The notes under the pieces: generated by a model
Told to the model about the DNA's origin: nothing
What the model saw: only the letters and a program-made list of their open reading frames with translations
Database searches by the model: none
Source: an uncultured Gemmatimonadaceae bacterium
Lineage (GTDB): Bacteria > Gemmatimonadota > Gemmatimonadetes > Gemmatimonadales > Gemmatimonadaceae
Direction of reading: 5' to 3'
Length of the DNA stretch: 64,000 nt
Assembly: GCA_963781585.1 (NCBI GenBank)
Contig: CAWAGQ010000013.1
Coordinates: 416,001-480,000, forward strand
Part shown: piece after piece, positions 1-12,192 of the stretch
Position numbering within the stretch: position 1 is the stretch's first letter
How the letters are laid out: each line of letters opens with the position of its first letter
Position numbers and translations under genes: made by a program

Positions 1-552
1 GAGGTAGCTTCCCGGCTTCACTCGGGGCATGTCGTACTTGCCCGCGGAGTCGGTGGTGGCCTGCGCGGCGCCGATCACCTGGACCCGCACTCCACTCACG
101 GGCGTGAGGTCCTCGGCGTTGGCGATGATGCCGAAGACGCCGGTACGCTCGGCGCGCACCACGATCGAATCCAGCGGTTGCGGTCCCCGCGGCGTAAGCA
201 CGATGTCCAGGTTCAGATCTGCGTCGCCCACGGTGAAGTCCCGCTCCACCACGCGGTAGCCGAGCGCCTCGACCTCGAGGTTGTGGACGCCCGGCGGAAC
301 GCCGGAAAACTGGAACCTGCCGGCGGCGGTGGTACGGAAGACCCGGGCCGACTGCACCGAATCCATCAGCACCAGGGCGCCTTGAATGGGCAAGCCGGCG
401 GACGAGCGCACCGTGCCGGTCACGATGACAGATTGTGCTTGCGCGATGCCGGGGAGGACGCCTAACGTGGCGGACACCGCCACGGACAGTGAGCCCGCAA
501 TGACAGACAGCAGCAAACCACGAGCGCGCGACGGACAGCCAGAAAGGGTCAT
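1..552 (-). CDS. Secreted protein with tandem carboxypeptidase-regulatory-like domains (partial, runs off window start)
   Basis: Not in the ORF track. Manual translation from ATG 552 is open to position 1: signal peptide ending IAQAQ, then VTGTVRSSAGLPIQGALV...GRFQFSGVPPGVHNLEVEALGY and a second repeat TTDSAGKYDMPRVKPGSYL. Confidence 0.75.
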   Translation of the reverse strand, partial: MTLSGCPSRARGLLLSVIAGSLSVAVSATLGVLPGIAQAQSVIVTGTVRSSAGLPIQGALVLMDSVQSARVFRTTAAGRFQFSGVPPGVHNLEVEALGYRVVERDFTVGDADLNLDIVLTPRGPQPLDSIVVRAERTGVFGIIANAEDLTPVSGVRVQVIGAAQATTDSAGKYDMPRVKPGSYL

Positions 553-574
553 GGCAGTCGGGAGGGGGTGCCCT

Positions 575-2002
575 GTGGAACCCGCACGCAGGGGCGACGT
601 TCCCCTCGATCGCCGCTCCTTTCTCTCGGCTGCCGGCGCGGCCATCGCATTCGCTGCTTTCCCGCGCGCGGTCGCCGGTGCCAGAACCCGCTCCGCGGGT
701 CCGACCTTGGGGCTCGGGCAATCCGCCACGCGTCCCGTGCCGTCGTCGTCGCAGCTCGCCTGGCAGCGCGACGAGCTGGCGCTCTTCCTCCATTTCGGCG
801 TCAACACCTTCACCAACCGGGAGTGGGGGGATGGCACCGAGGACCCGGCGATCTTCGCGCCGGCCCAACTCGACGCCCGACAATGGACGCGGACCGCGAA
901 GGACGCGGGATTCCGCACCCTGATCCTCACCGCCAAGCATCACGACGGATTCTGCCTCTGGCCCACCGCGACCACCGACCACTCGGTGGCGAAGAGTCCG
1001 TTCCGCGGCGGGACCGGCGACGTGGTTCGCGAGTTCACCGACGCCTGTCGTGCCGACGGACTCAAGGCGGGGCTCTACCTGTCGCCGTGGGATCGAAACG
1101 CCCCGGCGTACGGTGACTCGTCGCGCTACAACGACATGTACTGCGACCAGCTTACGGAGCTGCTCACGCGATACGGTGAGGTACAGGAGGTCTGGTTCGA
1201 CGGCGCCAACGGAGAGGGTCCGAACGGCAAGCGCCAGGAATACGACTGGCCGCGTTTCTGGGCGCTGGTCCGGAAGCTGCAGCCCGGGGCTGTCATCTTC
1301 TCCGATGCGGGTCCCGACATTCGCTGGATTGGAAACGAGCGCGGTGTCGCGGCCGAGACCAACTGGTCCACGGTGGATCCGGCGGCAGTTCCGTTTCCGG
1401 GAGCGAGCGGAGACGCGGTGATGGCCATGCTCCGCCACGGCGATCCGGACGGAAGCGCGTGGAGGCCCGGTGAGACCGACGTCTCCATCCGCCCGGGATG
1501 GTTCTATCATCCGGCGGACGACGACCGCGTGAAGACCGTGGACCAGCTCGTGGACCTGTTCTTCTCGTCGGTCGGCAGGAACTCGAAACTCCTGCTGAAC
1601 GTGCCGCCCACCACGAGCGGCCTGCTGCACGATACCGACGTTGCGCGCCTCAAGGGAATGCACCAGGACCTGACCGGGCTGTTCGCCCAGGACTTCGCGG
1701 CGCGAACGCAGCGCTGGCGCCTGACGAGCGAGCGGAGTGCGGTGTCCGAGGTGGACCTCGGCCGGATCGCGCTGGTGTCGGTGTCCGATTCCCGCGAAGA
1801 CGTCGCCCGCGGACAGGTCGTGGCGCGCTATTCCCTCGAAGGTTCCGACGGTGGGCCCTGGCGTCCGCTCGCGCACGGGTCGACCATCGGCTACCGCAAG
1901 CTCGATCGATTTGCAGCGACCGAAGTGCGCCGGGTGCGCCTCCTGATCGAGGACGCGGTCGACACGCCGCGGCCGGTGACGGTGAGTCTCTACGCCGGGT
2001 GA
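575..2002 (+). CDS. Alpha-L-fucosidase (GH29), Tat-exported
   Basis: Motifs FLHFGVNTF, LTAKHHDGFCLW, YLSPWD, VWFDGA, RPGWFYH; DRRSFL twin-arginine signal. Start moved to GTG 575 (GGAGG upstream; avoids overlap with the divergent gene). Confidence 0.92.
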   Translation: MEPARRGDVPLDRRSFLSAAGAAIAFAAFPRAVAGARTRSAGPTLGLGQSATRPVPSSSQLAWQRDELALFLHFGVNTFTNREWGDGTEDPAIFAPAQLDARQWTRTAKDAGFRTLILTAKHHDGFCLWPTATTDHSVAKSPFRGGTGDVVREFTDACRADGLKAGLYLSPWDRNAPAYGDSSRYNDMYCDQLTELLTRYGEVQEVWFDGANGEGPNGKRQEYDWPRFWALVRKLQPGAVIFSDAGPDIRWIGNERGVAAETNWSTVDPAAVPFPGASGDAVMAMLRHGDPDGSAWRPGETDVSIRPGWFYHPADDDRVKTVDQLVDLFFSSVGRNSKLLLNVPPTTSGLLHDTDVARLKGMHQDLTGLFAQDFAARTQRWRLTSERSAVSEVDLGRIALVSVSDSREDVARGQVVARYSLEGSDGGPWRPLAHGSTIGYRKLDRFAATEVRRVRLLIEDAVDTPRPVTVSLYAG

Positions 2003-2016
2003 ATCCCGCCTGGGGA

Positions 2017-2091
2017 CGACCCGCACGGGGTCACGACCCGCACGGGGTCACGACCCGCACGGGGTCACGACCCGCACGGGGTCACGACCCG
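2017..2091. repeat. 17-bp tandem repeat CGACCCGCACGGGGTCA, 4 full copies plus a partial
   Basis: Copies start at 2017, 2034, 2051, 2068 and 2085 (partial). Each unit contains the inverted repeat GACCC-N5-GGGTC. Confidence 0.95.
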
Positions 2092-2212
2092 GTCGTCGCG
2101 CCGCGACCGCGCGCCGAAAGAAGCGCGAGCGACGGGTGCGCCCCGTGTCCTTCCCGCGCACACCCGCCGCCGCGTCCCTATGGCCGATGGCCCGTGACCA
2201 ATTCCCTCTGGT

Positions 2213-2782
2213 CTACCTCATGTGGTACGCCAGACCGAACGCAACACCCACGTCGTTCCGCGTACCGGCCCGGACTCCCGCCATGGGTGACCGATAGCAG
2301 AACAGATTGTCCCGTGCCTCCAGCCGGAGGGCGATGGGCGAGTACTGGAACTCGGTGCCCAGGGCGCCGTAGCCGGCCGCACAGGTCTTGTCGTTCAGTT
2401 GCTTCGATTGGAACTGGTACGTGCGCGCACCAGCGCCCAGTCCCACAAAGGGCTTCAGCTCCCAGCCGGCGCCGAGCGCGTGAACCATGTCGAACTCCAT
2501 TCCGGCGTCGTACTGGAAGATGTTCACGTTGTCCCTGGCGACGCTGTACTTGTTCTGACCGGGCACGTAGCTGAAGGATCCGAGCAGATGCATCGTGGGC
2601 TTCAGCTCGAGTGCGGCCTGCACGCCGTACATGGGGGCGTTCTTGAACAGATCACGTTGCTTGCCCGTGGGAATCGATGCCCCGACGAACGGACGGATCT
2701 CCGGCTTGGTCACGGTGTTCTGCGCCGGGAGCGCGATGGCCCCCAGACTCAGCGCACTGACAATCGCAGCAATCTTCCTCAT
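2213..2782 (-). CDS. Outer-membrane beta-barrel protein
   Basis: Signal peptide MRKIAAIVSALSLGAIALPAQ, alternating beta-strand pattern (PFVGLGAG, FGLAYH), GGGAGG RBS before ATG 2782. Confidence 0.8.
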   Translation of the reverse strand: MRKIAAIVSALSLGAIALPAQNTVTKPEIRPFVGASIPTGKQRDLFKNAPMYGVQAALELKPTMHLLGSFSYVPGQNKYSVARDNVNIFQYDAGMEFDMVHALGAGWELKPFVGLGAGARTYQFQSKQLNDKTCAAGYGALGTEFQYSPIALRLEARDNLFCYRSPMAGVRAGTRNDVGVAFGLAYHMR

Positions 2783-2986
2783 TGGTCCCTCCCGGTTTTC
2801 GTGCCGCTCGACTCGCAGCGGCGGTTCCATGCACGAGGGCAACGTGGCGACTGGGGCACCGCGCGTATGCCGGAGAAGGAGCGCATCGGTGTAGGTGATC
2901 GACCGGCTGCCAGTGTCGGGGGTTTTTCCTGTGACGACCGGATGCGCCGGCGCGCGCACCGTTGCGCGGCGGAGTTCGCGTGTACA

Positions 2987-4498
<1,512 letters not shown>

Positions 4499-4499
<1 letters not shown>

Positions 4500-6160
4500 C
4501 AGACCGTTTGCAGATACTGGTGGATCATGCTCACGGTGGCTGATCCCTCCCCGACCGCCGCCGCCACGCGCTTGCCCGACCCGTGCCGGGCGTCGCCAGC
4601 CGCAAAAACACCCGGCACACTGGTCTCGAAAAGGAATGGATCGCGCTCCAGCGTCCACGACTTGGGCCACTTGCCGTCGATCATGAGATCGCGCCCGGTG
4701 AGGATGAACCCCTGCTTGTCGCGCTCGACCAGCGCGGACACCATCGCGGTGCGCGGCGCGGTGCCGATGAAGATGAACATCGCGTTGGCCGGCACGTCCC
4801 GCATCTCGCCGGTCTCGACGTTCTTCAGGGTGATTGATTCGAGCCGTCCGTTCCCCCGCACACCGCAGACGACCGTGGAGGTCACCACGTCCACGTTGGC
4901 GGTATCCTGGATCCGGTCCACCAGATACTGCGACATCCCGGCGCTCAGCTTCGGACCCCGCAACAGCATCGTCACCTTGCGTGCATAACGCGAAAAGAAC
5001 ATCGCCCCCTGCCCGGCGGAATTGGCACCGCCCACCACGAACACATCGCAGCCGCGATAGGTGGTCGCTTCGGTCAGCGCCGCGCCGTAGTACACGCCGG
5101 ACCCCACCAGATCGTCCACCCCCGCCGCGTCCAGGCGCCGCACTTCCATTCCCGACGCGATCAGCACCGCGTAGCAACTGAGCTCGGAGCCATCCGACAG
5201 CGTCACGGTGCGGTAGGGGTCATTCCGCCGGATCTCCGTCACGTCCTGCACGGTGAGGATCTCGGCGCCAAAGCGGCGCGCCTGGGTCGTGGCCCGTCGT
5301 GCCAGATCGGCCCCGCTCACTCCGCCCGGGAATCCCAGGTAGTTCTCGATCTGCGAGCTCGTTCCCGCCTGGCCGCCGGGCGCCGTCCGCTCCACCAGGA
5401 TCGTGCGCAGTCCCTCCGACGCGCCGTACACGGCGCCCGCCAGCCCCGCCGGCCCGCCTCCAACCACGACCAGATCATAGAACGGCCGCTGGGGACGCGT
5501 CTGCATGCCGAGCCGCTCGGCGAGCGCTCTGGTGGTGGGTTGCACCAGGGTCGTTCCATCGGCGAAGAACACCACCGGAAGACGCGCCATGCCCTCCTCG
5601 AGCGATGTGACCAGCTCGCGCGCCGACGCATCCGTGTCGAGGTCGACCCACTGGTACGGCACCTGGTTCGATGAAAGAAAGTCCTTTACCACGTAGCTCG
5701 ACGCGGAAAGCGGCGTACCAGCCACTCGGATGCCGTCAAACGGCGGGCGAACTTTCGCCACCCAGTCGGCAAGGAGGTCATCGAGCACCGGGTAGAGTCG
5801 TTCGCTCGGTGGCTCCCACGGTTTCAGCAGGTAGTGGTCCAGGCCGATGCGGTTGATGGCGGTGATGGCCGTTTCGGTATCGGCGTAGGCCGTCAGCAGC
5901 ACGCGTCGTGCGTCGGGGTAGAGCTTGAGTGCCTCCACCAGAAACTGCGTCCCGGTCATTTCGGGCATGCGCTCGTCGACCAGAAAGAGCGCGATCGGGG
6001 CACTGCGCTTCTTCAGCTGACGCACCGTCTCGAGCGCCTGCGGCCCGGAGCCGACCTTGACCACGCGGTAGTCCGCGCGGAAGTGCTGACGCAGGTCGCG
6101 CTCGACGGCATTCAGGACTTCGGGGTCGTCGTCCACGGCGAGAATGACGGGCTTGTTCAT
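4499..6160 (-). CDS. Receiver domain / thioredoxin-reductase-like flavoprotein fusion
   Basis: REC (AVDDD, DERMP, LLKPW), then a glutaredoxin-like segment, then TrxB motifs GGGPAG, IENYLGFP, GGANSA, GVFAAGD. Confidence 0.9.
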
Positions 6161-6186
6161 ACGGCGATGATCCTGTGGTGGCGACG

Positions 6187-7896
6187 TCAGGGCGCGGCCG
6201 CGGGTGTGGGGTCGGTTGCGGCCCGCGCGACGTGAATCGGCAGCCGGACAATGAAGCGCGTGGAACCCGGCCGCGACTCGACGTCGATGCTGCCGCCGTG
6301 GCGCTTCACCACCACGTTCCGGCTGGTCGACAGTCCGAGCCCGGTTCCCTTGCCGGGTTCCTTGGTAGTGAAGAAGGGATCGAAGATGCACTGGCGCACG
6401 CTTTCGGGCATCCCCGGTCCGTCGTCCTCGACTTCGACGACGACGTGGTCGGAATCCCGGCGCGCCCGCACGATCAGGCGGCCCCGGCCGTTCATCGCGT
6501 CCACGGCGTTGTCGATGAGGTTCGTCCAGACCTGGTTCAACTCGCTTCCGTATGCTTCGATGTGCGGCAGGTCCGGGTCGACTTCGCGCTCCACCGTGAT
6601 GCCCGTTTTCAATTTGCTTCGCAGCATGACGAGCGTGCTGTCAATGCCCTCGACCACGTCCACGAGCCGGACCGGAGCCTGGCCGAGGAACGAGTACGTC
6701 TTGAGGGATTTGACGATCTCGGAGATGCGGCGGGTCGCCTCTTCGATCTCGCGGGCCAGGGCGAGCACGGGTTGAGCGCGGGCGATCCAGGCCACCACGA
6801 CCGCGGTCTCATCACCCCAGTATGCGGCGGCGCGCTCCAGCTCCGCGATATCGTATCCGAGGCTCACCAGGGCGGGGGCGAGCTCCCAGGCGTCGGCGAC
6901 ATTATGGACGTCGAGCCACTCCTCCACCTCGGTCTCGCGGTCGCTGCGGGTGAGGGGATCGATGTAGGACGCCTGGGCCGAGCGCTCGCGGTCATCGCGA
7001 ACGAGGGTGAGCAGCGCGGCCTGGCGCTCGGGCGAGAGGCGCACCTGGGTGAGCGGCACGAACGCATCCTGCAGCTTGGCGAACACCGCGCGCAACTGGT
7101 CGGCGGCCCGGGCCGCGGCCGCCGCCGGGTTGTTCAACTCGTGGGCTACGCCGGCCGCCAGGGTGCCTAACGTCGCCATCTTCTCCGACTGGCGCAGGGC
7201 CTCTTCGGCGGTGCGCAGCAGGGTCACGTCGGCGCCGTAGATGAACACCAGGTTGGCTTCCCTGGCCAGGCGGTGCGCGAACTGGAACGAGCGGCTTCCC
7301 ACTCTGGCCTCGACGCGCACCACGTCGGTCCCGGCCAGGATATGCTGCCAGACTGCATCGGTCAGGCCCGGGCAGAGGTCCTTCCAGCACCGTCCGATCA
7401 GGGTTTCGTCGCCGAACAGCTCGAGCGCCGCCGAGTTGGCGAGCACGATGGTGGCCCCGGCATCCGCGCGGAGCACCGGTCCCGGATTCATCTCCGGGAA
7501 TCGTGCCATCTCGGCGAGCTGCGCCGACTGACGGGCGAGCAGGCGCTCGGCGCGTTTCCGCTCGGTGACGTCGGTGCCGTAGATGAAGATCGAGTCGATC
7601 TCCGGCGGCCGCCGGTAGGTGAACGTGAACGTGCGGTCCCCCACGTCCACCTCCTGGGTGAGTCCGTCCGCTCCGCCCACGACGCGCTGCCAGACCTCCG
7701 GATCCAGGGCCGGGCAGAGCTCGGGCCAGCGCCCGTCGCGGAGGCGCTCGTCCCCGAAGACCGTTCGGGCGGCGGCGTTCACCAGCCGCACGTGCCCATC
7801 CAGGTCGGTGCGGACGACCGGTCCCGGGTTCATCTCCGGGAACGCGGGCATCTCGTTCATGATGCCCTGGTGGGCAGACGGTTCGTTAGGCGGCAT
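6187..7896 (-). CDS. Tandem-PAS sensor histidine kinase
   Basis: Two FPEMNPGPV-initiated PAS-like repeats; VAHELNNPA, NLIDNA, DDGPG, FFTTK, GTGLGL. Confidence 0.9.
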   Translation of the reverse strand: MPPNEPSAHQGIMNEMPAFPEMNPGPVVRTDLDGHVRLVNAAARTVFGDERLRDGRWPELCPALDPEVWQRVVGGADGLTQEVDVGDRTFTFTYRRPPEIDSIFIYGTDVTERKRAERLLARQSAQLAEMARFPEMNPGPVLRADAGATIVLANSAALELFGDETLIGRCWKDLCPGLTDAVWQHILAGTDVVRVEARVGSRSFQFAHRLAREANLVFIYGADVTLLRTAEEALRQSEKMATLGTLAAGVAHELNNPAAAAARAADQLRAVFAKLQDAFVPLTQVRLSPERQAALLTLVRDDRERSAQASYIDPLTRSDRETEVEEWLDVHNVADAWELAPALVSLGYDIAELERAAAYWGDETAVVVAWIARAQPVLALAREIEEATRRISEIVKSLKTYSFLGQAPVRLVDVVEGIDSTLVMLRSKLKTGITVEREVDPDLPHIEAYGSELNQVWTNLIDNAVDAMNGRGRLIVRARRDSDHVVVEVEDDGPGMPESVRQCIFDPFFTTKEPGKGTGLGLSTSRNVVVKRHGGSIDVESRPGSTRFIVRLPIHVARAATDPTPAAAP

Positions 7897-7939
7897 GGGC
7901 GGGGAAGACCACTCATATAACGTGTTCCGGCCGGTCCGG

Positions 7940-9322
7940 CTAGTGTCGCGCCGGGGCGCCGGCGGTGGCGACGTCCGGCGCCAGCGGCGCCACGTCGCGC
8001 GTGCCGCTCACCGCGACTGTTTCCGGCAGCGCCAGTGGCGTGCACACGCTGTACCGGCCCGCCTTCCCCGAGATGCGATCGGGCCGGCCGCCCAGCCGAC
8101 GCATCGCGAACAGGAACGGAATCGCCAACCCGGTGGCGAGGCCGCCAAGCACGTAGCCCGTCCCCAGGGCGGTGCGTGACGCCACCCAGCCGAGACCCGC
8201 CTGGCCCGCCATGCTGCCTCCACTGGCGACCAGCGACGCGAGGGACAACACCGTCGCCCGTTGCTCGCGGGCGACCACCAGGTGCAGGTACGCCTGACGC
8301 ACCGGCTGGAAGACGCCGGTGCTCATCATGCCGACCAGGTACAGGGGAACCGCCAGCCAGAACGATTTCGCGAGCCCGACCCCGATCGCGGTCGCGGCGA
8401 ATATGGCGGCCGCGCCTAACAAGAGCGTGGTCCGACGGCCGCAGAACCGGGTGAGGCGCTCGGCAGCCCAGTTGCCGATCATCATCGACAGGGAAATCAG
8501 CGCCGCGATGACGCCGGTCACCCAGGCCGCCGACGCGCCCAGCAACCCGAGGAAATACGGCTGCCAGGCATGATATCCCCACTCCAGGAAGACCGCGGGC
8601 ATGGCGCCGGCCAGAATCGCCACCCGCGCGTTCGGCTGGTTCCAGCCGAACGCGATGCTCTCCCGCCCCACCCGCGCCATCTCGGCCGGGACGGCGCGCA
8701 GCGGCAGCGATCGCACGGTGAACCCGACCTCGTGCATCGTGGCCAGCGCCGTGCCGAAGGCGATCATCAGGAGGGCGGCGCGCGCGAGATAGGGCAGCCT
8801 GAGGTCGAGACTCCCCAGCAGACCACCGGCGATGGTCCCAACCAGCATGGCCGCGGAAGAGATCATCGACCCCCGCGCCATGACGCGATCCACCGGGTCC
8901 GCGTTCCCGACGGCGTTGAGCGCATCCACCACCCAGGCTTCGACCGCGCCGGAATAGAACGTGTACCCCAGGCCCAGGATCACCGAGACCACGCAGAACC
9001 AGCCGAATCCGCCGCCTAACGCGGGGACGGCGGCGTAGAGGAGCGTCCCGACGAACAGAATCGCCGTGCTCAGGAGAAACGAGAGCCGTCGTCCCCTCGT
9101 GTCGGCCACGATTCCGGTCGGCACCTCGAACACCGCCATGCTGCCGGTAAAGACGGCGTTCGCCAGAAAGACCTGCAGCAGCGTGAGTCCGCCCACCCGC
9201 AGCAGGAAGAGCGTGTTGATCCCCCAGATCAGCGACGCCGACAGCGTGTAGACGCCAGCGATCACATAATACCCCCTCGCGATCTGCTGCGATGTCGGCA
9301 TGCCCTGGCGCCAGGAGGCCAT
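7940..9322 (-). CDS. MFS transporter
   Basis: About 12 hydrophobic segments; motif A EVPTGIVADTRGRR. Alternative start at 9301. Confidence 0.88.
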   Translation of the reverse strand: MASWRQGMPTSQQIARGYYVIAGVYTLSASLIWGINTLFLLRVGGLTLLQVFLANAVFTGSMAVFEVPTGIVADTRGRRLSFLLSTAILFVGTLLYAAVPALGGGFGWFCVVSVILGLGYTFYSGAVEAWVVDALNAVGNADPVDRVMARGSMISSAAMLVGTIAGGLLGSLDLRLPYLARAALLMIAFGTALATMHEVGFTVRSLPLRAVPAEMARVGRESIAFGWNQPNARVAILAGAMPAVFLEWGYHAWQPYFLGLLGASAAWVTGVIAALISLSMMIGNWAAERLTRFCGRRTTLLLGAAAIFAATAIGVGLAKSFWLAVPLYLVGMMSTGVFQPVRQAYLHLVVAREQRATVLSLASLVASGGSMAGQAGLGWVASRTALGTGYVLGGLATGLAIPFLFAMRRLGGRPDRISGKAGRYSVCTPLALPETVAVSGTRDVAPLAPDVATAGAPARH

Positions 9323-9486
9323 GGGAGAGCTCGCGGTTCATGACCACTGCAAACGGGATCGAAGCGCTCGGAAAGCTACTGTGCGGCCCGACGCGGCGAC
9401 CGTCATATTCAACGGTGAATCCGGCTCAGCGGTGAATCCGGATCGGCATCGCCGCGTTCCCGGACTGCGCGAGCGAGCAGGACACC

Positions 9487-10050
9487 ATGACCATCCAAAG
9501 CGTCGCAGCACTCGCGCTCACCGTGCTCGGTGCCACTGCGGCCGCGAGCCAGATTCCGAGGCCGTCGCGAGATGGATTTGCGCCGTCGCGGGATGGATTT
9601 ACACCGTCGCTCGCCGTCGACTCGCCGCAGCCATCCACCCCGCTCGTCATGGCGGATTCCCGAAGCCCGCAACTGGCTGGCGTGTTGAGCTTCGTCTTTC
9701 CGTTCGGAACCGGGAGCTTCTATGCCGGGCACGTGGGACACGGGGTGCGGCACCTTCTCATCACCACGGTGGCCAGCTCGGTGCTCCTGGTTTCGGCCGT
9801 CCATGACCTGACCTTGTGGGGTGCCGGCGACGGCCGGGTGAACGGATGGGAGCGGGCCGCGCTCCTCGCGCTGCTGGCGAACTGGATCTGGGGGACCGAG
9901 ACCGCCGTGAACGATGCGCTCGCCTACAACCGCAGGCACCGTCCGCCGGCCGGCCCTGACAGCACGCGCCTGCTCGCGGCCCGGTTGCGCTCGGCGACCG
10001 CATCCAGCCAGCCCGCGCTGTCGAGCGGTCCCGCCTTCGCGCCGCGGTAG
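9487..10050 (+). CDS. Hypothetical exported/membrane protein
   Basis: AGGA RBS, signal peptide, LAGVLSFVFPFGTGSFYAG plus two hydrophobic helices; internal PSRDGFx repeat. Confidence 0.6.
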   Translation: MTIQSVAALALTVLGATAAASQIPRPSRDGFAPSRDGFTPSLAVDSPQPSTPLVMADSRSPQLAGVLSFVFPFGTGSFYAGHVGHGVRHLLITTVASSVLLVSAVHDLTLWGAGDGRVNGWERAALLALLANWIWGTETAVNDALAYNRRHRPPAGPDSTRLLAARLRSATASSQPALSSGPAFAPR

Positions 10051-10065
10051 CGCGGCGCGACCGCG

Positions 10066-10386
10066 CTATGCCCGGCGCGTCGGCCGGCGATCGTCGGCCG
10101 GCAGGTGTGTCACCCGCAGTCCGTCGCGCTCGAGCCGGCGGTCCTTCCACGCCCACCAGTTGAGCAGCGCCGGGTCGGGTCGCGCGCTGCGGGCGGCGTA
10201 CACCGCGCAGCGGAACGTATAGAGCACGCAGGGATCCTGTCGCTGGCGCCGCAGATCGCACAGGGCGCGATACAGGCGTTCCGGATCGCGTCGCGCCAGG
10301 TCACGAATCGAACGCACGCCAAGCGTGCGGAGGTCGGCGGCGATGCTCGGACCGACGCCGGGCAGCCGTTGCAGTTCGTCACGCAT
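10066..10386 (-). CDS. Helix-hairpin-helix protein (Cdd1 / mitomycin-resistance-like family)
   Basis: LPGVGPSIAADL HhH motif, DPCVLYTFRCAV, LNWWAWKD. Confidence 0.8.
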   Translation of the reverse strand: MRDELQRLPGVGPSIAADLRTLGVRSIRDLARRDPERLYRALCDLRRQRQDPCVLYTFRCAVYAARSARPDPALLNWWAWKDRRLERDGLRVTHLPADDRRPTRRA

Positions 10387-10746
10387 GGTTCCCATCCCTG
10401 TGGAAGCGAACGCGCGTGGCCGCGTGGGACCCATCCCGCGGAACCCGTTTGACTGGTGCGGCGTCCCGATGGCGGCTCTCCCGTCCGGGTGCACGCCTGA
10501 CATCAGCTCCAGCCCGGATGGGACAGGTACCACAATACGGCCATTGGCCCGCTTCGACCAGATTATCATGCGCTCGTAACGAAGGGCTAATCCTGCCGTA
10601 ACCGAATCGCCGCGCCGCCGGGGTACTGCCCGGAATGCACCCGGCGCGCGCGTGGATGACGCAACCCAAATTCCGGTCCTGAATACAGGAGAGGAACCCT
10701 GGCCCTTCCGCCTGCCGCTTCGATACGTCGTCCAGGTCTCGCCACG

Positions 10747-12192
10747 ATGTGCCGTCCGTCACCTTCGGTGTCGTGGCTGGCGCTGCTGGCGCTGGCGTGC
10801 TCCGCAGCGCGGATGCGACCCGCGGCGGACTTGGCGACGCCCGCCTGCGAGACCCGGGCCGGGGCCGGCCGGTTGGTCGATTCGCTCGTGGTGGCGGTGA
10901 CCGGAGACATCGCGCCGACGCGAATGATGCGAATGCCTAACGCCGGCGAGCGATTCGTGTTCGCGCAGGCCTACGAAACGCCGGTGCGGCGGGATTGCAC
11001 GGGGCGCCTCGTCCCCGGCCTGGCGGCCTCGTGGCGGTACGACAGCGTCTCGACGGCGTGGACGATCGTCCTCCGCGACAGCGCGCGCTTCTGGAACGGC
11101 GACCCGGTAACGGCGCCCGCGGTCCTCGAGGCCTGGCAGAGCGATCCGTTCGGCGCCGGCGACCCGCTGGCGCCGCGCCTGCTCGACTCCGCTATGGCGA
11201 TCGACAGCCGGACGATCGTCGTCAGGCTGAATGCCGCGGGAGCATCCGTGCTGGCGGACCCCAGGCTGGCCGTGGCGCGCGCGCGTGCCGCCTCCCGATG
11301 GCCCGAAGGCACGGGCGCCTACGCGGTTCGCCCGTCGGCCGGCGCAACCGTGGAGCTCGCGCGCACCACGCCCGGCGCCACACCGCGCGTAGTCGTGCGC
11401 GCCGTATCGGAGGCACAGGCGCGCGACTTCGTCGATGCGGGGGTGGACCTCCTCCTCACCGACAACCGGCGCGTCGCCGCCTACGCTGCCACCCGGGACG
11501 ATCTGTCCTCGGTGACCCTGCCGGTCGACCGCACCTATGTGCTGGTGAGCCCGTACGCGGGCGTGAATGACGCCGGCGCGAGATCTGTTGTTGAGAGTGG
11601 CGCCGGTGTATCGCGCCTTGGCGAGGCGCTCGCGCGCGACGCTGTCGGATTCGAGGCGCGCCCGCCCGCGACCCCCACCTGGTGGACGCAGGCCGTCGGG
11701 TGCGGACTGCCCGCGCCGACCGTTCCTGCCAGATCCGTGGATCAACCGGTTCCGCGCGTGGTCTTTCGTCGCGGTGATGACTTTGCCCGCGGTCTCGCCA
11801 ATCGTCTGGCCGCCCTCGCCGCGATCGGCGGCGCCGCTGATTCGGCGTCGCTCGGCGCGGTTGCGCCCGGCCTCCTCACCGCCGGAAACGCGCTCCGCGC
11901 AACGGGCCTCGCGGCAGGCGATTTCGCCAGCGCGCTGGCGAGCGGAGACGCCCTCGGGTTCATCGTGGATCTTCCCCGACAACCCCTCGCGCCCTGCGTC
12001 GATCTGGCCGCTCTTGCCCGAACCATGCCGTGGCTGGCGTGGCGCGAAACCGGCGTGCCGGCAATCACGCCGCTGGTGGATGCGTACTGGCGCGCCTTCT
12101 TCAGGCGGGATGGCGCGGGATTTCTGCTCGACGGTGATGGCGGCATGCGGCTGACCAACGCGCCGACGCCGCGCGGCGGGATGGTGCCGTGA
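10747..12192 (+). CDS. Family-5-like substrate-binding lipoprotein
   Basis: Lipobox LALAC; LVPGLAASW...LRDSARFWNGDPVTA motif; translationally coupled to the downstream kinase. Confidence 0.7.
   Translation: MCRPSPSVSWLALLALACSAARMRPAADLATPACETRAGAGRLVDSLVVAVTGDIAPTRMMRMPNAGERFVFAQAYETPVRRDCTGRLVPGLAASWRYDSVSTAWTIVLRDSARFWNGDPVTAPAVLEAWQSDPFGAGDPLAPRLLDSAMAIDSRTIVVRLNAAGASVLADPRLAVARARAASRWPEGTGAYAVRPSAGATVELARTTPGATPRVVVRAVSEAQARDFVDAGVDLLLTDNRRVAAYAATRDDLSSVTLPVDRTYVLVSPYAGVNDAGARSVVESGAGVSRLGEALARDAVGFEARPPATPTWWTQAVGCGLPAPTVPARSVDQPVPRVVFRRGDDFARGLANRLAALAAIGGAADSASLGAVAPGLLTAGNALRATGLAAGDFASALASGDALGFIVDLPRQPLAPCVDLAALARTMPWLAWRETGVPAITPLVDAYWRAFFRRDGAGFLLDGDGGMRLTNAPTPRGGMVP

Noticed and set aside
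2017..2091. CRISPR array
   Set aside because: Repeats are contiguous with no spacers, only 17 bp long, and no cas genes are present.
2815..2829. Sigma54-like TGGAAC-N-CTGC upstream of the outer-membrane protein gene (minus strand)
   Set aside because: Weak match with no activator sites seen; likely by chance in GC-rich DNA.
9562..9610. 21-bp tandem repeat (PSRDGFx) in a hypothetical gene
   Set aside because: Short in-frame duplication in a linker with no further significance evident.
10396..10746. Possible riboswitch or sRNA in the intergenic region (hairpin TCCCGTCCGGG...CCCGGATGGGA near 10478-10521)
   Set aside because: No family consensus recognised by eye; an Rfam/Infernal scan would be needed.
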